From positions 928,001-992,000 of the forward strand of contig CAWFSF010000006.1 in the NCBI GenBank assembly GCA_963818475.1: 64,000 nt of DNA, given 5' to 3'. The position numbers and the translations under genes are program-made. Within the stretch, counting starts at the first letter, position 1; each line of letters starts with the position of its first letter. Shown here one piece after another: positions 58,955-64,000 of this stretch. Under the pieces are notes generated by a model. It was not told the origin of the DNA. It saw only the letters and a list, made by a program, of their open reading frames with translations, and searched no databases. This DNA is from Nitrospirota bacterium (lineage in GTDB: Bacteria; Nitrospirota; UBA9217).

Positions 58955-59091
58955 TCCTCCGGGAAGGATTGAGGGCAAGGTCTTTATTGCTTGACTCGTT
59001 CTTATTTCAAGCAGAAAACAAGTAGATCGTGTCACTGCGGATCGTCGAGGATCGCTAAGGTGTTCCCGGCGCTATCATCAAGCAAAATTGC

Positions 59092-59120
59092 AGGCCGGAG
59101 AATTTTTCTCCGGCCTTTTT
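59092..59120 (+). terminator. Rho-independent terminator
   Basis: AGGCCGGAGAA-TTT-TTCTCCGGCCT followed by T-run. Confidence 0.7.
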
Positions 59121-59554
59121 AGTAACCTTGACATAGATGTCATGGATGAAAAAATGATTTAGCTAAAATTGAAACGGGCGATGATTTCTCATCGCCCGTG
59201 ATCTGTTTCCGGCTTATGGTAAGTGTTTTGATTGTCCTTTTACGACTTCACCGCAAACGCCTGCTTCTCACGAATTGACCGCAGGTGCTGACACGACGAA
59301 CCCGGCCGCCGTTCCGAGCAGCCCGCCGACCACGATGCTTACCGAGGAGTGCATAAGGTCGTGTCTTGCGGCTTGACAAAATGCGTGTTACGAAAATAAT
59401 TCTTCGGCTCAAGACTTAGGGCCAGTGGAAGAGACTATCGTATCCATATCGCTTATGTCCAGTGCGGATACACGCTCAAATTGATTGGAATTCATCACGG
59501 AATTCGTTATACTACGCTCAGCAAAAAGATATGTGACATGGAGGGATCATAGTC

Positions 59555-60082
59555 ATGCAGTCAGCGCCGATCAGGTCATTCGAGTATAAAAACGCTTTCC
59601 TTTATATTGTGATCCGGGAGGAACCGGGACTGGGCCCGGACAGCTACATTTACTGCTGCGGAATCAATCTTTCACGGTTCTGCCGGCTTTCCTGGAGAAA
59701 GGGCGGCATCTGCTCCAATCCGTCAGTCAGAGGAATCCAGCTGCTCCGCACTCATGTTTCCGCTTTTGCGGCCAAACAAGGCATGATAGTAAAAAAAGAG
59801 AAAGGCATCGACTCGGCCCTCATTACCCCCCACGGCGAGGGTTGGTATCATGAAAATCCTCTCCGGCTCGAACAGACCACGCCCGGAAGAATACGCGAAC
59901 TCCTCGAATTCAGCGTGATGGATCTGGTGAGGACTGTCCTGGTTGTCTGCGTTCCTGACGCCCGGATCCCGACTGCTTTTCCCGATGCGGTTGCGATGCA
60001 GAAGTACCTTGAATCGCTGTCGGTAGCAGAGGAACGTGAGCGAGTAATGGCCTATGAAAGGGACAATCTTACCGGTGCATAG
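59555..60082 (+). CDS. Hypothetical protein
   Basis: ORF with RBS GGAGG; no recognised motif. Confidence 0.6.
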   Translation: MQSAPIRSFEYKNAFLYIVIREEPGLGPDSYIYCCGINLSRFCRLSWRKGGICSNPSVRGIQLLRTHVSAFAAKQGMIVKKEKGIDSALITPHGEGWYHENPLRLEQTTPGRIRELLEFSVMDLVRTVLVVCVPDARIPTAFPDAVAMQKYLESLSVAEERERVMAYERDNLTGA

Positions 60083-60581
60083 TGAAGGACGTACGACAAT
60101 ACAAATGATATGCATTGCTCACGCGGAGGCGCGGAGGGCGCGGAGAAATCATAAAGAAACTCGATATGCTACAGATAAAGTTATTAATGGGTTTGAATGT
60201 GCTGAAAAGATTAACACGCTGAATTATGAAGTCTTCTCCGTGTCTCCGCGACTCCGCGTGAAATGACCTTTCTTGAAGGGTAGTATGAAAGAAGGGTCCG
60301 AAGGTCAAGGCAAAGACCTGGAAGCGGCGCTGGAGCAGTTCCGGGCAATCGTGGGGGATTTGGGGTATAAAGGATTGAAGGACGTACGACAATACAAATG
60401 ATACTGCATTGCTCACGCGGAGGCGCGGAGGGCGCGGAGAAATCATACAGAAACTCGATATGCTTAAAATTATAAATGGGTTTGAATGTGCTAAAGGTTA
60501 ACACGATGAATTTTGAAGTCTTCTCCGTGTCTCCGCGACTCCGCGTGAAATGACCTATTCTTTGAGGGTAGAATGAAAGAA
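60083..60581. repeat. Tandem ~205-bp duplication (period 293 bp), each unit containing a REP-like inverted repeat
   Basis: Units start at 60083 and 60376; TCACGCGGAGGCGCGGAGGGCGCGGAGA...TCTCCGTGTCTCCGCGACTCCGCGTGA at 60119..60261 and 60413..60548. Confidence 0.9.
60315..60365 (+). pseudogene. Possible relic of type I R-M hsdM C-terminus
   Basis: DLEAALEQFRAIVGDLG resembles the terminal helix of HsdM proteins; very short. Confidence 0.45.
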
Positions 60582-60985
60582 CTGGATGATATCACCGGTG
60601 AGATCGTAGATGTAGCGTTAAAGATACACCAAGGGCTCGGACCCGGGTTGTTGGAGTCGGTGTACGAGAGCGTGCAGCTCTTGAAAAGCGCGGTCTGAGG
60701 GTTGAACGGCAGAAATCTATATCCTTTGTGTATGACGACATCCTCTTTGACGAAGGTTTTCGGATTGATCTGCTTGTCGATGATCTGGTTGTGGTGGAAT
60801 TGAAGTCTGTGGAAAAGCTCGCCCCTGTACACAGCAAGCAACTTTTGACATATATTCGTTTGATGAATCTGCCAGTTGGTCTTCTGCTTAATTTCGGAGC
60901 ATCAACCTTAAAAGAAGGACTCCATCGCATTGTTAATAATCTCCCATCCTCCGCGTCTCCGCGCCTCCGCGTGAACCGGAAGTAA
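60573..60985 (+). pseudogene. GxxExxY protein (PD-(D/E)XK nuclease-like), frameshift/deletion near 60675
   Basis: IHQGLGPGLLESVYE, FRIDLLV, VVELKSVE, QLLTY, GLLLNFG. Confidence 0.88.
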
Positions 60986-61190
60986 AAATGTCCGCCCCCC
61001 TGTGAGACCGAACACAGCTGCGGAGGCTCCCGAAACTAACTTTTTCAAATAACCCGAATATAATGTTTGCTCGCAAGGTACTTACCTTGGTGGTAACAGA
61101 GGAGGTATTTCGTTATCTTCCGGACGCGGGTCATTAGGTCTTGCAGCTGCTATTTGCAAAAATAATTCTCTGGCTGTCCACAATTATTTA

Positions 61191-62126
61191 TCATTGGTCT
61201 CCACCGTTCACAGGCCCAAATACATCGTAAGAATAATTGCTGGTTTTGTGATAAATCCACAACCCGACATATTTCCCATAGGTATATTCTGAAGCATCAA
61301 GATCAGTCCAAGTGCAGATGGGGTCAGACCACGGGCGTGGAGCAGGACTCGTTCCGTTGTCATAGATTTTCATCGTTACGCCAGACGGCGTACCACTGGC
61401 CTCAAAACCCACGTAATGCCCATCGGCAAGCGTATACCTGCAAGAGGGAGAATAATTATGGTCCTTCTTTTGTAAATCGTTATAACCGACAAAAAATGTA
61501 CCTGCATTATAAAGACAGTAAAGCTGGCTCGTAAAGGATAAATCTCTCGCCCACAGGATCATCCCCATAGAGTCGCTGTCATGCATGTTTTTGAACTTTG
61601 CCTGAATCCATTGTGACGTTGTGGTGGTGGAAGTGTTGTAATAGATATTGATACTTTGACCCGATGGCGAACCTTGGAGGTATCCGTCAGCGACAGACCA
61701 TGTTCCATCTGCCTGCGTCCATGCTGATAAACCGCCGGAATAGTCATCGGAAAATGACATTTTGTACGGACCACTTTCTGTTACGGTAAGCGTTGTGCTG
61801 CCTGATATCACGCCTGATGCCGCTTTAATCGTTGCCGCGCCGACACCCGCGCCTGTCGCAAGGCCGCTGACATTCACGGTTGCAACCGTTGTTATGTCAG
61901 AAGACCATATTACTGATGCGGAAAGGTCAACTGATGTGCCGTCAGAGTACGTGCCGGTTGCAATGAACTGGTTTGTTGATCCTTTTGCAATGGACGGATT
62001 GGCCGGCGTCACTGCAATGGTTTGAAGAACCGCCGCTGTTATATTTTCAGCGCCACCCAAGCTTCCGCAGGAAGCCGCTAGTGCGCACAAGTTAATCAAC
62101 AAAAAATATCTAAATGCCTGTATCAC
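61191..62126 (-). CDS. Lipoprotein with Big_2 Ig-like domain and beta-rich C-domain
   Basis: Lipobox AASC; IAVTPANPSIAKG..QFIATGTYSDG..V.WSS..VATV..SGLATG. Confidence 0.82.
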   Translation of the reverse strand: MIQAFRYFLLINLCALAASCGSLGGAENITAAVLQTIAVTPANPSIAKGSTNQFIATGTYSDGTSVDLSASVIWSSDITTVATVNVSGLATGAGVGAATIKAASGVISGSTTLTVTESGPYKMSFSDDYSGGLSAWTQADGTWSVADGYLQGSPSGQSINIYYNTSTTTTSQWIQAKFKNMHDSDSMGMILWARDLSFTSQLYCLYNAGTFFVGYNDLQKKDHNYSPSCRYTLADGHYVGFEASGTPSGVTMKIYDNGTSPAPRPWSDPICTWTDLDASEYTYGKYVGLWIYHKTSNYSYDVFGPVNGGDQ

Positions 62127-62428
62127 GAGACTCCCTTTTCCTCTTTATAAAGAAAGCATAGACACAATAATCTCGTGTGTCAATTCCAACAATAGTATCA
62201 ACTACCCACAGCCGAAACGAAAACAATTTTCCGGCTAAAGGACGGATTCTGGAGTAAGCGTAAGCGCGTGAATACGATAAGTTCTAGCCTTAAGAATCGA
62301 AATTTCTGCATCTTGCTTCACACTGAATAGTCAATTCCTTGAAGCCTCCGAAAACCTCCCGTTGAATTCAGGTCCTGCGCGGAGTTATAATTCACGTAAA
62401 AAGGAACAGTTCTGAAAGGAGGCATATC

Positions 62429-62758
62429 ATGGTCACTACTGCGCTATATGTTCGATTAGAAGCAAAGCTGGGAAAAGAGGCTGAGGTTGAGGCCTTTCTG
62501 AAGGGCGGTCTTCCGATCGTCCAGGAGGAGCCTGGCACGATAGCCTGGTTCGGGATCCGCCTTGGTCCTTCGTCGTTCGGCATCTTCGATGCCTTCCCGG
62601 ACGAAGCAGGACGGCAGGCGCATCTGGCGGGCAGGGTCGCGGCCGCACTGATGGCGAAGGCACCCGAGCTTCTGTCAAGGCCGCCGGTCATCGAGAAGGT
62701 CGATGTGCTTGCGTCCAAGCTACCGGGTGAGAGATATGAAGGTCTGAAGGCAGCGTAA
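62429..62758 (+). CDS. Antibiotic biosynthesis monooxygenase (ABM) family protein
   Basis: LEAK.GKE, EEPGTIAWF, FGIFDAFPDEAGRQAHL. Confidence 0.88.
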   Translation: MVTTALYVRLEAKLGKEAEVEAFLKGGLPIVQEEPGTIAWFGIRLGPSSFGIFDAFPDEAGRQAHLAGRVAAALMAKAPELLSRPPVIEKVDVLASKLPGERYEGLKAA

Positions 62759-62922
62759 GGCCTTCGTGCTCTCTTGACTGTAAAACGGATAAGTTGTATC
62801 CTATATCAAAGGGCGGAGGTGGCCTCGTGGCGGGATGTTTGCCGGGAGGGGCCCTTCCGCCCGAGTCGTTTCGGGAGGGGAAGCGTGCGGGTATCTGCTC
62901 CCTACCGGATCAGGAGGCGTCT

Positions 62923-63300
62923 ATGTCGAGGGAACAACAGGAAGCACTGGACCGGGGCATCAACCTGTTCAATCAGCAGCGGTTCTTTGAGGCCCACGAG
63001 GAGTGGGAGCAGGAGTGGCGTCTGATGACGGTAGGTGGTGACAAGACCTTCTTCCAGGGGCTGATCTATGCAGCTGCTGCGTTTGTCCACTACACGCGGC
63101 GCGAGTGCGCCGGGGCGAAGGAGCTGCTGAGCCGGAGCCTTTCGTCCCTGCAAAAGGCCGGCATGGACGGGTACCCCGACATCTGCGTCGGCCAGTTCAT
63201 AAAGGACCTCACCCGGCTGCAGGAGCCCTTCGCGTCCTGCAAGTTCGACCTGAACGAGCGGGGCCTGCCGATCATCCACAGGAGCCTCGTTAATTGGTGA
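62923..63300 (+). CDS. DUF309 domain protein
   Basis: GINLFN..FFEAHEEWEQEW, FQGLI..AAA..H. Confidence 0.88.
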   Translation: MSREQQEALDRGINLFNQQRFFEAHEEWEQEWRLMTVGGDKTFFQGLIYAAAAFVHYTRRECAGAKELLSRSLSSLQKAGMDGYPDICVGQFIKDLTRLQEPFASCKFDLNERGLPIIHRSLVNW

Positions 63301-63360
63301 TGCGCCTCCCTTTTTTTTCAGTGGGGAGAGGGGGAGAAGGCGATGCAAAGGAGGTGGCGT

Positions 63361-63687
63361 ATGGAAAGCGACCGGTATGAAAAGGATATCCTTACAAAAT
63401 CGTTTTGCGATGACGTGTACTTCGAATTTACCGAGATGCGGCTCCGGCTGCTCACGATGAACGATGAGCTGGCATTGACCTACGGAGAGGACAGCGATCC
63501 CTACAGGACCTTTAAACGGCATATCCAGGAGCTTGCCGATCAGATCGGCTGGCGGCTCGAGATCCTGTCGCATGCATGCCCCTACACCTGGGCGGGATCA
63601 CGTGAGAAGGTTGAGACCGTTGTTTCGGTCGGTGAGTCCGACGTGACGACGGGGCCGGATTTTTCCGGCGGCTATCTGGGCGGATGA
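63361..63687 (+). CDS. Hypothetical protein
   Basis: RBS AGGAGG; FCD.VY..., I.W.LEIL..ACP..W, DFSGGYLGG. Confidence 0.7.
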   Translation: MESDRYEKDILTKSFCDDVYFEFTEMRLRLLTMNDELALTYGEDSDPYRTFKRHIQELADQIGWRLEILSHACPYTWAGSREKVETVVSVGESDVTTGPDFSGGYLGG

Positions 63688-64000
63688 CGGCGTGCGTTTC
63701 TGGAAAGACACAGCAAATGCTTTTTACGTACCATCTGCGCCAGGTATCTCAAATGCGAGAGTCCCCAAAAGGTAACCTAATCCCTGCGACATAGGACTGG
63801 GCTTAGCTCGGGCAATTATGACCCTTTCCGCCTTAATAGCGGACCATAAAATCTACGATTCATCCTTCCCCGTTTCTCCGCACCTCTGCGTGAAGCAGTA
63901 AGTGCAGCAGACTAAGCCGTTGTATGCTTACAGCCATCCATACGTCCAACCTTTGTCGCAGAAGTGATGGTCTTTTGCCTGGTGCGATTGTCTTCATGCG

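Noticed and set aside
59270-59365. GC-rich segment as a tRNA or ncRNA
   Set aside because: No cloverleaf, T-loop or CCA pattern recognisable
60083-60581. CRISPR array
   Set aside because: Only two long units with homologous rather than unique spacers, and no cas genes

Overview
Bacterial chromosomal window. The gene content (cNOR, cbb3 oxidase, multiheme cytochromes, GxxExxY gene with repeats) suggests a Nitrospirota/Desulfobacterota-like organism; this is inference only. About ten otherwise intact genes carry single frameshifts, most likely uncorrected long-read indels. Contents in order: norCB operon with ferredoxin, hemerythrin-like and DUF6448 genes; a PAS/Cache kinase; rsgA and csp; three signalling genes sharing a 17-bp upstream motif; a globin-PsiE fusion, CBS, HPP and nfi genes; an Rrf2-led cbb3 oxidase operon with a rearranged CcoO/CcoP; a porin-multiheme cytochrome cluster; prmA. 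The best candidate for an undescribed system is a ~13 kb insert (37.9-50.4 kb) bounded by duplicated host sequence. It is a sigma-54-driven operon with a visible -24/-12 promoter, twin enhancer-like sites and its own activator. It encodes three core proteins of unknown function (an acidic-pro/amphipathic Gly-zipper protein, an HEXXH protein and a 493-aa protein), a BioF-like PLP enzyme with an altered active site, and three 'cargo' proteins (phospholipase C-like, unknown, amidase+muramidase). The cargo proteins lack signal peptides but share a very acidic N-terminal leader. The right end holds accessory genes and a GxxExxY/REP-like repeat cluster. No rRNA, tRNA, CRISPR array or intact transposase was seen.
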